Notes: generated by a model from the letters alone, not told the origin. DNA of 64,000 nt from Octopus vulgaris (GCA_951406725.2 OX597814.1:113460001-113524000), one strand, 5' to 3'; positions 41,149 through 60,511 are shown, counted from the stretch's first letter. Program-made: numbers and translations.

Positions 41149-41754
41149 GTATATATATATGTATAATATGTATATATATATGTATAATATGTATATATAT
41201 ATGTATAATATGTATATATATATATGTATAATATGTATATATATATGTATAATATGTATATATATATGTATATATGTATCTATATATTTATGACAACAGT
41301 ATGACAAATGTTGAAGTTACGGAAAATGTTGGTTAGTGGGAATGATTTATTGTTAAATAATTACGATATTTTATGTCCATATTAATGAATATGGATTTTT
41401 AGAAAAGGTTATTAAACTCGCAGTGAATTAATTTATTAGAAAATTGTGAGATCAAAGGCGGTGTAGTAGTGCACATATATAAATATATACACATGTGTGT
41501 ATGTATGTGTACATGCATGTATATGTGTATATGCATGTATGTGTGTGTATATATATATACATGTGTCTCTCTCTATATATATATGTATGCATATAATTTA
41601 TATTTATGTATGTATATAATACGTATGTATATAAGTATATACAAATATATATGTATATATATATATATATGTATATATAGGTATGTATATGTGTCTGTAC
41701 ATATGTAGATATATATGTATGAATCTATGTATTATATATGTATATATTCTGTTA

Positions 41755-44682
<2,928 letters not shown>

Positions 44683-45656
44683 TGCTTTATACATGTGTAA
44701 ATATGTGTATATATGTATGTATATATGTGTACATATGTACGTGTATATATGTATGTATATACGTGTACATATGTATGTATATATATGCGTGTATATATAT
44801 ATATATGCATATATGTATGTATGTATAACTAATACATCTGTTTGTTGTCTACACTACCTGTCTTCGTCTTCTGTTTTTTTTTGTGAATTGCCTCCCTGTA
44901 TGTATATATATGTATACATATATATTTATATATATATATATATGTATATTTGTGTATATATGTATGTATATATACATATATATATTTATATATATATATA
45001 TATGTATATTTGTGTATATATGTATGTATATATACATATGTGTGTATAAATATACATGTATATGTATATATGTATATAAGTATGCACATATATACACATG
45101 TTTGTGTATATATATATATGTACATATGTACATTTTATATATCTGTACACTTGTATATATTATATATATGTATGTATATATTATATTATATATGTATGCA
45201 TGTATATATGTCACCTTTGTAATGATTTAATTATTTTAATTACTTTCTAATGTTTGAATTGAAACAGCTGTCAAAAATAATGTCTATTTTAATAATTGAT
45301 AAATATAATTATTAATTAATGTAGGTCTATTTTCTTACTTTTCCTAAATAAATATAAACCCCGGTCTATTTAATTACATTGTATGTATATATTTATGTGT
45401 GTGTGTTTCTGCCTGAGTTTGTCCACCTACCATCGCTTGACAACCGATGTTGGTGTGCTTACTTCCCTATAAATTAACGGTTCCGCAAAAAAGAATAAAT
45501 ACTATAGGCTTACAAAACTAAGTCATGGGGTCGGTTTGCTTGACTAAAAGCGGTAGTCCTGCGTGGGCACGGTCAAATGACTGAAACAAAAGAGTGAAAG
45601 TATACAATATATATTTTGCTTACACACATGCAAATCTATCAATTAATCAATCAATC

Positions 45657-45779
<123 letters not shown>

Positions 45780-45951
45780 ATATTTATTACATGTATATTT
45801 ATATATGAGTGTATATGTATGTTTATATATATATAGTTATACATATGGCGTATGTAAAGTGTATTTATTATATATATGCGAGATTTTTGTGCGCGCGTGT
45901 GTGTGTCTGTGTGTGTGTGTGTGTGTCTGTGTGTGTGTGTATATACATACA

Positions 45952-46029
<78 letters not shown>

Positions 46030-46385
46030 CACAATTATATGTACATAATAATTTCGAATACATATTTGCATAGCATGTGTATGTATATCAGTAATATGCA
46101 GATCTTAAAGGTGGCAAGCTGGCAGACGATTAGGATGCCGGACATAACGTTTAGCTGCTTTTCGTCCCTTATTTTATTCTGAGATCATACCCATCCGAAG
46201 GATTGATGTAATAATAAATACCGGTCATGTCCTGGGGGGGAGGTGAATGCAATCAACTATAATGTGACTCGTGAGCAGGTCTTTTCGTGCGTTACGTTAA
46301 ACTTAGCTGCGCAAAATATTCCTGATCTGCGATTCACTTGTGAAGATTTATAGCTACAAAATTACCAGCGCACACACATACACAT

Positions 46386-46424
<39 letters not shown>

Positions 46425-47530
46425 CACACACACGCACTTTACCTTTGCAAATGAGGTGTATGTCGCAGGTTTGTACCACTGAATCTATGAATGAATGTAT
46501 GTTTGCTATGTATGTTTATGAATGTATGTCTCTTTCTGTCCATCTCCCTCTCTACGTCTATCTCTTTCTCTATATCTATCTATCTGTCTGTCTGTCTATC
46601 TTTCTGCATATACAAATTTATATAGTTATATGTGTGCGTATATATATGCACAAGCATGTATTTATGTATGTACAATATGCATGTATATGTATATATGTAC
46701 AAGTATGTATATGTGTATATATATGCATGTATAATATATATGTGTATATCTATATATGAATATCTGTATGTATATATATGTATGTATGTATGTGTCTGTG
46801 TCCCTAGATAAAACAGGGGACAACTGTTGCCTGTGTCGTTTCTGTTTTTTTACGTTATTCGAAAAAAAAGTTCGTTTTCTATGTTTTTGTTTTTTATGTT
46901 TTCGTTTCTCAATTTGTTCACGTTTCTTTTGAATGTCCTGTACCCATATATGCATATATATATACATATATATGTAGGTATAAAGATATATGTATATATA
47001 TGCATATATTTATATATTATTTATATTACATATATACATGCATAAACTTATTATAAATTTATAAATAAGGATAATATCGATATTTAAATATCGATATTAT
47101 CAAGTGGCCAGCATGGGAAAAAATACCATACAAAAGTAATAATTTTTTTACAACTAAAAATAAGGGTGTCTGGGAGACGCCACCATACATGTATAAACTT
47201 ATATATACACATGTACGCATGCATATTATACATACATAAATACATGCTTGTGCATATATATACGCACACATGACAGCATATATATACATGACTTCTGTTT
47301 TTAATTATCGATGTATCTATCAGTTTACCTGTTTATCTATACACCTCTCTTTCCATTTATCTATCAATCTCCCTGTCTCGATATTATAGATTACATGCAT
47401 ACACACCCACCCATCCACACACACGAACGATGAAATTTTCGCTGGAGATCATTTTGAGCATTAATTATCATCGCCATTATTAATACCGTTAACAGCAGCA
47501 GCAGCTATATATATATATATATATATATAA

Positions 47531-47712
47531 AGTTAACCCGAACATGAAAACACAGAGAGAAAACACAACAACGCGAGGACGTGGAACAAATATAGTATTA
47601 TTGGATGCTCAGGAAGGAAGGGAAGAATGAGGGTTTAACGTTTCGAGCGAAGCTCCTCGTCAAAAACATAGGAAAAGGAAAGATCCAGAGAAGGGAAGAC
47701 GAAGGAAAAAAC
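47531..47712 (-). mobile_element. pLTR-like repeat related to H1 with minimal hammerhead motif at 47633-47667
   Basis: Minus strand GTTT-TTGACGA-G-GAGC-ttc-GCTC-GAAA-CG-TT-AAAC; flanked by (TA)n. Confidence 0.6.
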
Positions 47713-47727
47713 ATATATATAATATAT

Positions 47728-47760
<33 letters not shown>

Positions 47761-47787
47761 GTGTGCCTATATATGTTTGTGTATGTC

Positions 47788-47832
<45 letters not shown>

Positions 47833-47842
47833 ATGTATGGAT

Positions 47843-47878
<36 letters not shown>

Positions 47879-47911
47879 GTGTATATATGTGTATGTATAT
47901 ATATATATATC

Positions 47912-47944
<33 letters not shown>

Positions 47945-48583
47945 GTATGCATATATAATATATATGTATGTATATATGTGTGTGTGTGTCTTTTCCTCCT
48001 ATCACCGCTTGACATGCAGCGTTGTTGTGTTTACCTCCTCCCGTAACTTAGCTATTCGGCAATACAGACCGATAGAATAAGTACTAGTCTTAAAAACACA
48101 AATCAAAACAAAAAGAAACAAGTACTGGGTTCGATTCAGTCGCTTAAAAATCCTCTAACGCTTGGCCGCAATCTAACGACCATTACACGTAAAATAAGAG
48201 AAAGAAAATATATAGCTGTTTTGTGAGGAGATATAGTTAATTCGTCAAATACCTATATTTTTAATTACGTAATTATTTGTTCAGAACTCGGTTGGTGTAT
48301 CACGTGAGCAATACAGAGCTTAAGTCGCAGCGGAGCCCATACTTAGGTTCCAGTAGGATCGAGGCTCAAATATTATAACTGGTTTTTGACTCTATTTGAC
48401 TTGAAAAACCATTTATTTCTGTGACAGAAACTGTGTTTGGGTGATTTCAAATAAAAATATTAAAAACATTGTTGTTAAACTAGGTCTAAAAAAATAACCA
48501 TTAAGATCGAAGGAAGTAATTTATTGATTAAAATACTATTTCTGATTCTACGGACATATATTGTCTTTTGCTACTTTAAATAA

Positions 48584-48635
<52 letters not shown>

Positions 48636-49380
48636 CTTTCTACTATTGGCACAAGACCTGGAATTGTGGTGGGTTGGGACTAGTCGATTACATCGAAACC
48701 AGTGTTCAAGTGGTACTTGTTTTATCGATTCCGAAAGGATGAAGGGTAAAGTCAACCTCGGCGGAAATTGAACTCGGGAAGTAGCGGCTACGAACTATCG
48801 CAAAGCATTTTGCTCGACGTGCTTCGTCGCCTTAATAATAATCCTTTCTACTATAGGCACAAGGCCTGAAATTTGTGGGAGGGAGGGAATAGTCGATTAC
48901 ATCAACCCCAGTGATAAAAGGCAAAGTCGACCTCGGCGGAATTTGAACTCGGGAAGTAGCGGCAGACGAAATACCTATTTCTTTACTACCCACAAGGGGT
49001 TAAACACAGAAAGGACAAACAAGGACAGACATAGGTATTAAGTCGATTATATCGACCCCAGTGCGTAACTGGTACTTATTTAATCGACCCCGAAAGGATG
49101 AAAGGCAAAGTCGACCTCGGCGGAGTTTGAACTCAGAACGTAGTGACGAGTGAAATACCTATTTCTTTATTACCCACAAGGGGCTAAACATAGAGGGGAC
49201 AAACAAGGACAGACATAGGTATTAAGTCGATTATATCGACCCCAGTGCGTAACTGGTACTTAATTTATCGACCCCGAAAGGATGAAAGGCAAAGTCGACC
49301 TCGGCGGAATTTGAACACACAACGTAACGGTAGACGAATACTGCTAAGCATTTCGCCCAGCGTGCTAACGTTTCTGCCAA
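48636..49380 (-). mobile_element. SINE family B tandem multimer (~4 monomers)
   Basis: Repeated cores at ~48740, 48920, 49100, 49280. Confidence 0.8.
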
Positions 49381-50410
49381 GAAAAATAATTGGAGATGCC
49401 TGGAAAATTATTTGATCTCTGATCAATTACTGTTACTCAGTACATATTAAACTTCAGGATTTTAAATACAATTATTTCTCATCAATCACAAGTCAGTCGT
49501 TCTAATTTTTGAAATGGGGATAATGTATATTTAACTGGATCAAAAATATACCTTGTAATTAAGATCAAAATCAGAATTAAACAACTGGAAATTATTGACA
49601 GGTACATCTCGTAAAACTTTTGAAGAGGCTTAAAGCCAAAGTAGCCTGACACAATTAGGGTAATAATATTAGGAAGAAAATCTTAATTTAAATTTACAGG
49701 GTTGGAATGTATTGTAAGGGTGACAGAACTAACTTGTTGATAATATCGGACCTAGTACACAAGTGCGATTATGTTATCTCATAACTTCCGGAGAAAAAAA
49801 AATATTTTTGAATGAAATTTTCTGCAAGTATGCTTCAGATGGTGTAGAATCGGATAATATCGGAATATGTGATGAAAAAACAAAAAATTCCGAGGGTGTT
49901 CAAAGATTGGAAAATTCACATGAAAAGACATTCTTTACACATAAGTATCAGGAAAATAGGTAATTTTTAATGAAATTTTCTATAAATACATTTCAGAGTG
50001 CATAGATTAAGATCATATCGGAATTTAATGTGAAAAAAAAAATCGGTGAATTCGTACGTACACATACATCCCGTATATCATCAAAATGAAACATGCAATT
50101 TGAAAGACAATTGCGACGTGTTCGTGCTCAATGCTTTTGTTTTCCACATCCAATTCCGATATATTCGTAATTTAGACACTGTGAAAAGTATTTGTAGAAA
50201 ATTTCATTAAAAAATACCCATTTTACTGAAAGTTATGAAACAAATCCAGCTCGTCTGAATTTTCTAAAACTCCTCTTCCCACCCACATAATTTTTTCACA
50301 ATAAATTCCAGTTAAGCCATCGTCGGGCTGCCGACGATAGCTAAGTTGACCGAAACTTCGAAGTCACTGTCAATAATCTTGCACAACAAGAGTAAATATG
50401 TATGTATGTA

Positions 50411-50517
<107 letters not shown>

Positions 50518-50599
50518 GTCCCGGGTTGATTCGGGGTTAACCACAGTAAATAAGGTACTCAATACATAGCAGAGTAAAATTAATTTATTATATAGAAGG

Positions 50600-50650
50600 A
50601 GCTTCTACAGGACTAGAACTGTTTCATTCAAGAGAAATCTTCAGGAAGCT
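50600..50650 (-). ncRNA. Type I hammerhead ribozyme
   Basis: Reverse complement of 54445-54495. Confidence 0.85.
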
Positions 50651-50834
50651 AGTTAACAAGAATTGTATTGGCATTTATACATTTAGGCAGGTTTAAAGGG
50701 GTGTTGGTGGGGGACTTTTTGGGGGGTAGGCATAGCGCAAAATATCATACTTGGGGGAGTGGTCAAGGAGTCAGTGTTAAATTAGATAGAAGAATAAATA
50801 AAAAATAAGAATAAAAAATAAAAAATAAAAAATA

Positions 50835-50873
<39 letters not shown>

Positions 50874-51309
50874 AAAAAAAAAAAAGGGGGATAGAGTTTT
50901 AGGTAAATAAGGAGATTCTCACTTATACCTATGCACATATGTATACATATATACACACGCATACGAACATATACATATACATACACACATACATACACAC
51001 ACATATATATATATATACATATATATACACTTACACATACATATACATATCTACACATACACATATATGTATACATACACACACTCACATGCATACACGT
51101 ATACACACATGTATATATACACACACACGACCACACATACATATACACACAGAAAAATATATATACACATACACACACATACTCACATACACGCATACAC
51201 ACACAAATCCACACACACACATGCACACCCAGCACACTAGTCCCTATATACACATATATACACATACACACATATATATATATATACATACACACACATA
51301 CATATACAT

Positions 51310-51356
<47 letters not shown>

Positions 51357-51778
51357 TACACATACACATGTGTACCCATGCATATCTACACATACACACA
51401 TATATATATACACATACAAATACAGACCCATTCCCTAATTTTAATTTTATTATCTTCGTTTATTACTTTTGTTATCTTTGGCCGCTTGGTCACAAACATC
51501 TTGGCTATGACAGCCAGTCCATTTATCTGTCTACTGGAAAACAAGCACTCATTCACTCACGCACACTCTTTAGCACGTACACTCACTCATTCGTACACTC
51601 ATACACATACACGCACGCACGCGTTATATTCATACATACATACATCTACATACATTCACGTATATACACATACGTACGCGTACCTACAGATTCATGTCTA
51701 CACTCTTAGAAGGCTAGTCTATACATATACACCAATAAATATAAATACACACACATACACGTACACCTACATACAAAT

Positions 51779-51819
<41 letters not shown>

Positions 51820-52059
51820 TATATACTACATATTCACACATATATACACATATATACATACACACACACATATACATACACATATATACACATATACACA
51901 CATATACACATATATACACACATACACATACATACATGTACACACATACACATACATACGTATACATACATACATACATCCATACATCCATACATACATA
52001 CATTTATACACATACACACACCCACATACATACATATATATACGCGCATATATATATCC

Positions 52060-52092
<33 letters not shown>

Positions 52093-52607
52093 CATATATA
52101 CATATATATTCATACACACACATACACATACATACATACATATACAAATATACGCACACACATACATACATACTCATATACTCATACACACACATACACA
52201 TGTACATGCGTCCCCTTACACGCACACACACACGCGCGCGTCCATATATACACATAAGTACACCCATGCGTAAGAGTATACATATATCTATGCTTACACA
52301 TACACACACACACACGCGCCTCCTTATATTCATACTTACATGCATACTCAAAAAATAAGTAAATAGTAAAATATATATACGCGCAGTTATTCATACATGC
52401 ATACTCAAAAAATAAATAATAAATAAAAAATATTAAGTATATGTACGTGCAGTTACCTATTATATAGACGGATACATACATATAAACTTACACACATAGA
52501 TATATATATATATATATATATACATATATATACATACATACATACACATATATATACACATACACACACACATACATATATACATATATATACACACACA
52601 CACACAT

Positions 52608-52654
<47 letters not shown>

Positions 52655-53049
52655 CTTACACATGTACATATAAATACACACACAGATAACTCTACGTACC
52701 TACATATACATAAACACACGAGCGTACGCGTATATGTACATATACACATACACATACACACGCATATATATATACATACATACGTACACATACACACATG
52801 TGTATACACATACACACACATACACATATATATACACATACACATATATATACACATATATATATATATATATACATACATATATACATACATATATATA
52901 TATACACATACACATACACACATATATACATGTGTGCAAACATACATACATTCTCATACAGGCACACACACTTACATTTACATATATACACACACTTACA
53001 CACATATATACATACACATGTACATACATACATACGTATATGCATACAT

Positions 53050-53091
<42 letters not shown>

Positions 53092-53186
53092 ACATACATA
53101 CACAAACACATACCCATACATATATATACACACATATATATACACATGCACATACTTATATCTCTACATACTCGCATATACTTACA

Positions 53187-53249
<63 letters not shown>

Positions 53250-53568
53250 CATACATATACACACACACATACACATACCTATATACATGCATATATACAC
53301 ATACATATATATACACATCTACAATTTGTATCTACACTCACATACCTGCACATACACATAACTCTACATACCTACAAATACATCGACATACTCGCGTACA
53401 CTCATATATATACACATATATACATATACACACACACATACATATACATATACATATACATATATATAAACATATACACACATAATACACATACACACAC
53501 ACATACACATATATGTATATATATATATACATATATACATACATACACACACATATATATATACACAC

Positions 53569-53617
<49 letters not shown>

Positions 53618-53703
53618 TATATACATACATACATACATACACATATACATACAAGTACATATACACATACACACACATATATATATACATACACATACAT
53701 ATA

Positions 53704-53912
53704 TCAACAATTGAGGGTAAGGTTAATTAGTTATTAATCAATTTCACCAAGTATTCAGTTGTAAAAGGACCATTATTTTTATGAGTAAACAATGTCTGAG
53801 GGAAAATATTCTCTAAGTAGTGGAAGAGGCTAAAAAACTTTATTGGCTGCTATTTCTAGAAAGTTCAGTATGCGGCAGAGTAATTTATTTTACTAAGCCC
53901 TAATTATATAAT
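53704..53912. mobile_element. Short diverged relative of the 560-bp family: two 3' termini in inverted orientation
   Basis: TCAACAATTGAGGGTAA..TTCACCAAGT..GGACCATT at left and GCTGCTATTTCTA..AGTTCAGTATGCGGCA..TACTAAGCCC..TATATAAT at right match the two outer ends of 4756-8717. Confidence 0.8.
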
Positions 53913-54031
53913 ATTTTATACATACATACACATACATACACACATACATATACACATACATATGCATACACACATATATACATATATACATACATACATC
54001 TATACATATATACACACACACACACACACGC

Positions 54032-54076
<45 letters not shown>

Positions 54077-54283
54077 TATATATTTGTTTACATACATACA
54101 CGCACACACACACATAATATATAATACATGCGTATAATCCTACTATACCCATACATTTCTATACATATATACGATACACATATACAAGCGTGCACATACA
54201 ATATGTGAAAGGTCTTAGGAGAAAAGGTAATCGGGGGTGCTAGGGGAACGGTGGGGTTGGGGGGTTTTGTGGGTGGGGTGTCA

Positions 54284-54370
54284 TCAATCTGGTTGCCGGG
54301 TAGGTCTATAGTTCTTGTAGTTCGCATACTTTTTATGCATACAATTTGGGGAGTGTTCTGAGATTTTGTT
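54284..54370 (-). pseudogene. Last 28 codons of a putative PLE ORF (NKISEHSPNCMHKKYANYKNYRPTRQPD*)
   Basis: Resembles the (L)NKxSE..C.HK C-terminal motif of some PLE GIY-YIG endonucleases; starts exactly at the inversion junction. Confidence 0.5.
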
Positions 54371-54444
54371 CCCCAAAAAGTCCCCCACCAACACCCCTTT
54401 AAACCTGCCTAAATGTATAAATGCCAATACAATTCTTGTTAACT

Positions 54445-54495
54445 AGCTTCCTGAAGATTTCTCTTGAATGAAACAGTTCTAGTCCTGTAGAAGCT
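54445..54495 (+). ncRNA. Type I hammerhead ribozyme
   Basis: AGCTTC-CTGAAGA-TTTC tctt GAAT-GAAA-CAG ttctagtc CTG-TA|GAAGCT: 6-bp stem I, intact core, stem III, GUA cleavage after 54489. Confidence 0.85.
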
Positions 54496-54506
54496 CCTTC
54501 TATATA

Positions 54507-54560
<54 letters not shown>

Positions 54561-54562
<2 letters not shown>

Positions 54563-54719
54563 TTTTTTTTCTCTCCTTGTTTTTTCTGTGTCCCTTTCTG
54601 TAGAAGAGCATAGGCTCGAAACGTAAAGGACTTTTTCTATTCCTGAGCGTTATACTAATACATTTGTTTGTTTTATACATCACCTGTCTTCGTCTTTTGT
54701 TTTTTTCGTAAACTCTCCC

Positions 54720-54720
<1 letters not shown>
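54561..54720 (+). mobile_element. Family H1 pLTR-like repeat with minimal hammerhead-like motif at 54590-54631
   Basis: GTCCCTTT-CTGTAGA-A-GAGC-atag-GCTC-GAAA-CG-TA-AAGGAC. Confidence 0.6.
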
Positions 54721-54780
<60 letters not shown>

Positions 54781-55379
54781 ATATAAAGATATCTACGTTA
54801 ATAACCATTACATACATAATATAAATATATATACATATGCACACACACATACACACGCACACATCAGATGATGTATCACTGTAGCCTACCCAACCATGGT
54901 TAAATTTATACTCGTGTTGTGTATGATATAACTGCATAATATCATTTACATGAAATCTGGAACCAAAAGGAATGGTGCTGAAACAATTGTAACCAATATC
55001 AAACTTGTAACATACTTTCTTATATTTAAACTGTGTGCACCATGGTCATCTCTCCATTAATTGTAACGTACATACATATGTATATATCCATATGAGAGTA
55101 ATTTACATCAGAAACAGTATACATGCACGCATACATCTATATACATATATACGTACGTACGTACATACATACATACATACACATACACACACATATACAT
55201 ACATAGATACATACATACATAGATACATACATACATACGGATTATGTATGACTTTATATACATGTGTGTGCGGAAATACATTCATATTAGACATATATAT
55301 TTGCCAATACACATTTGCATAAATATACATACAGTCTCGTACATATATATATATGCATACACATATACGTAATCTTTTG

Positions 55380-55410
<31 letters not shown>

Positions 55411-55471
55411 ATAAAGATACACACATACACGCACTCGTATATATATATGCACATATATACATATACATGTA

Positions 55472-55506
<35 letters not shown>

Positions 55507-55578
55507 GTGTATATATATATATATATATGTGTGTATGTATATATATATATATATTATATATATATATATATGTGTATG

Positions 55579-55742
<164 letters not shown>

Positions 55743-55750
55743 GTATGTAT

Positions 55751-55920
55751 ATTTATTTTATAGAAGGAGCTTCTACAGGACTAGAACTGTTTCATTCAAA
55801 AGAAATCATCAGGAAACAGTTCTAGTCCTGTAGAAGCTCCTTCTATAAAATAAATTAATTTACTCTGCTATGTATTGAGTACCTTATTTACTGTGGTTAA
55901 CCCCGACAAAACCCGGGACC
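55751..55920 (+). mobile_element. Minimal H3 insertion: 43-bp perfect inverted repeat (55751-55793/55813-55855) plus 65-nt tail
   Basis: Same termini as 50517-54512; the left part is an antisense HHR with the CTGATGA variant. Confidence 0.85.
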
Positions 55921-55948
55921 TACATATATGTATGTATATATATATGTG

Positions 55949-56017
<69 letters not shown>

Positions 56018-56146
56018 ATATATATATATGTGTGTATATATATATGTGTGTGTGTATATATATGTGTGTGTATATATATATGTGTGTGTGTGTGTATATA
56101 TGTGTGTGTGTATATATATATATATGTGTGTGTATATATATATGTG

Positions 56147-56177
<31 letters not shown>

Positions 56178-56188
56178 TGTCCAGGTAA

Positions 56189-56261
56189 ATCTAGCTGAAG
56201 AAGACTAATCAAATTTACGATAACAAACGTATCTGAAGAGTCCGAAACCTAGGTACTGGAT
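56189..56261 (+). ncRNA. Type I hammerhead ribozyme with extended stem II
   Basis: ATCTAG-CTGAAGA-AGACT..TCA..TACG/CGTA..TGA..AGTCC-GAAA-CCTAGG-TA|CTGGAT; palindromic stem III ACCTAGGT. Confidence 0.75.
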
Positions 56262-56685
56262 TATCCGATTCTGGGTTGTCCATTTATCTAATGTTTTTCC
56301 AAGAAGTAAGACGAAATTTTTTACGTTCGCTGCCCTTACACGTCTTTGCCAGTATATACACAGTGAAGCTATACTATAGCGTCGTAAATTAATCGACTGC
56401 TATTTCCAGTAAACATTGGTGCCCTGTTGTACCACTAATCTATATGTAATATATAATAAAGGTGGCTAGACGTAATATAAAACCAAAAAGGAAGAATTCA
56501 ATAATCACTAATAGTGACTGAGGATGCATTGTAGCACCTACATTGCAGCTAGAAATAAGAGTCAAAGACACTTATACCCACAATCATAGGACAAGTATGT
56601 GTACTGTCAGGGGAGATATATATATATATATATATGTCTGTCTGTCTGTATATGTATGTAATACATAATACGTATATTTACCATG

Positions 56686-57251
<566 letters not shown>

Positions 57252-57325
57252 AAATTTTATAATTTTAACCTTAAAAAGTAATTTGATATGCTGGCCACTT
57301 CATAAAATTTTTTCTTATATTAGCA

Positions 57326-57369
<44 letters not shown>

Positions 57370-57592
57370 GTAAATATTATATATCTTATTTATGTATATA
57401 TTTTTATATACATACATAAACATTATATAATAATATATATATTATATACTTGTTTAAATGCGTACAAAATGTATACTATATATATTCTATATATTAATTA
57501 CATATATTGTATAACTTATGTAATATATATTACATGTAAATCACATAATATATATATGACATGTGTTATATTTAATTTATATAAAGAATGTG

Positions 57593-57912
57593 AATGTGCG
57601 TGGCTTAGTGGTTAGGGCATTCGGCTCACGATTGTATGGTCTTTAGTTCAATTCCCGCCGACGAGTTGTGTCCTTGAGCGTGACACTTTATTTGACATTG
57701 CTCAGTCCACTCAGATGGAAAAACTGAGTAGTGTCTCTATTTGAAAGGGCCGACCTTGTCACACTCTGTGTCATTCTAAATCTCCCTGAGAGCTACGTTA
57801 AGGGTATGCATGTCTTTGGAATACTCAGCCACTTGTACGTTAATTTCACGAGCAAGCTGTTCTGTTGATCGTAGCTGCTGGGATCCTCGTCGTCGTAACT
57901 GACGGAAAGCTC
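57593..57912 (+). mobile_element. SINE family C
   Basis: A box TGGCTTAGTGG, B box AGTTCAATTCC; tail shared with 35655-35830. Confidence 0.75.
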
Positions 57913-58098
57913 CTATATAAAGAATATAAATGTTGCATACATAATATATACATATTATACACTTACACACACACATATATACATACATGTAGTACTCCTT
58001 TATATACACCAGGACATACATCTATGCACAAATTATTTTCATATCTTTATATTTGAAAAAATACCTTATCTTAAATCTATGTTAGAATATATACATAT

Positions 58099-58162
<64 letters not shown>

Positions 58163-58169
58163 ATGATGA

Positions 58170-58203
<34 letters not shown>

Positions 58204-59603
58204 GGATCTATATTTTATTTCATATCTAAATATAAATTCATTGTACATTAACCCCAGACACTACTACACTCTGTCACACGCAAACACAACATTCATTCTT
58301 TGAGAGAGTTACGATACAGATGCCATGTAACAATGCTGTGTCTTGGTTGGGTGATTACGCCAATAATGATAACACACGCACTAGTTCGATATTATTTCAT
58401 ATCACACGAGTTATTTTTTCTACTGAGTCTTCTCCTAAGAAGACATCCTAATATATTCCCCAGAATATCGTCTTCGTATCCGTTAGACACCTATGTTTCG
58501 GCCAGATTTAGTTTACGCGATATGGAGAGAAACACCTTCGTGATACAGGTGAAAATTATTTCAAATGCATATATTAATTTGATTTTTTTTTTTGTGTGTG
58601 GTCAACTTTTTCACATATTAGTGAAAGTCTTTTTTGCCGAGCTTTAAGTTGGAATGAGTCTTAAGTTGGAATGAAGATTCCAGATCTCAGCCCAGAATGT
58701 CTGAGGCTTTTTAGTCCTGAGGAGACCAAACCGAATCGAAACATTGGTGTCTAACGCCCTGCTACTTGTGAGTGAAAGACGCCGTTCTCAGTTTTTATAC
58801 ATTTTAAACATTTTGTTTACATCATTATTCCAATCTAGCGATGATTCAAGTGCAGAACTTCATTCAATGTTTGTCCAACAAGCTTTTGTACAAACCAAGG
58901 AATGTTTGTTTAGAATATTCGAATATATTCGACACTTAGGAGACGAAGCCAGGTCAAAACGCTGGTGTCTAAATATCTATCGGTCAACGAACGACCTTTA
59001 GGACAAGCTTGTGTTTTTTACACAAGAGAAGTTACTCCGAAAGAAAATATTACATTATACACACACACACACAAACACACACACGCACACACACACACAC
59101 ACACACATCACACGCACGCACGTACGCGCGCGCACACACAGACACATACCTATATATGTATATGTATGCATAAATTTTCTTTATATAATAGATGTTTATT
59201 TTTCATCGTTTTCTTATTCATTGTACTGCGGTCATGCTGGAGCATGACCTTGGGATTTAGTCCACCTGCGTATCCGTATATCTATCATCTAGGGTGCTGC
59301 TCCATTTGGTCCCGCAGTTTCCATCTAAGTAGGAATATTAGGGTCTCATCCATTGTCTTGTATTCAAGATCCTCTGCGTGGCATCCTGTTAGTTCAAAGC
59401 CAGGAATCAGATCTGTTAGGTCCTGCCGACGACTAAATCCACGCCCTGCTGTCGATGCTTCGATTTATTGTCAAGATTTTGTCTGTCTCTTATACATATA
59501 TGTATATATGTATATACATGCATATATGTATGTATATATATGTATATATGTATGTATATATATGTATGCATATGTCTCTATATATATGTTTATATATACA
59601 ATA

Positions 59604-59649
<46 letters not shown>

Positions 59650-59778
59650 GTATATATATAATATATGTATATAATATATATATATAGTATATATATGTAT
59701 ATATATATGTATATATATATATGTATATATATATGTATGTATATGTATGTATATATATATGTATATATATGTATATGT

Positions 59779-60142
<364 letters not shown>

Positions 60143-60441
60143 CGTAAATATGAGGGCGAGAAATTAAAATAATTTATTACCAGTGGTTAACATATTTAAA
60201 AAAAAACATAAGTTTATAAAATATTTTTATACACAGAGAGGCGACCATTGACAGGACTCTTTACATGCGAGAAAGTGCAGTTAAAACCCGAACCACAGGA
60301 TTAACTATTTTTTTGTTCGTTGTAGTGTTATAACAGTGTGCCTTGTGAATCCTTATTTCCGTGGTTTGTGTTTTAACTGCCCTTTCTAACACGTAAGGTC
60401 TCTTCTCTGTATATAAAAATATTTTATACACACACATACAG

Positions 60442-60511
<70 letters not shown>

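Noticed and set aside
45255-45275. GAAACAGCTGTC hammerhead half-motif
   Set aside because: No upstream CTGANGA or stems identifiable
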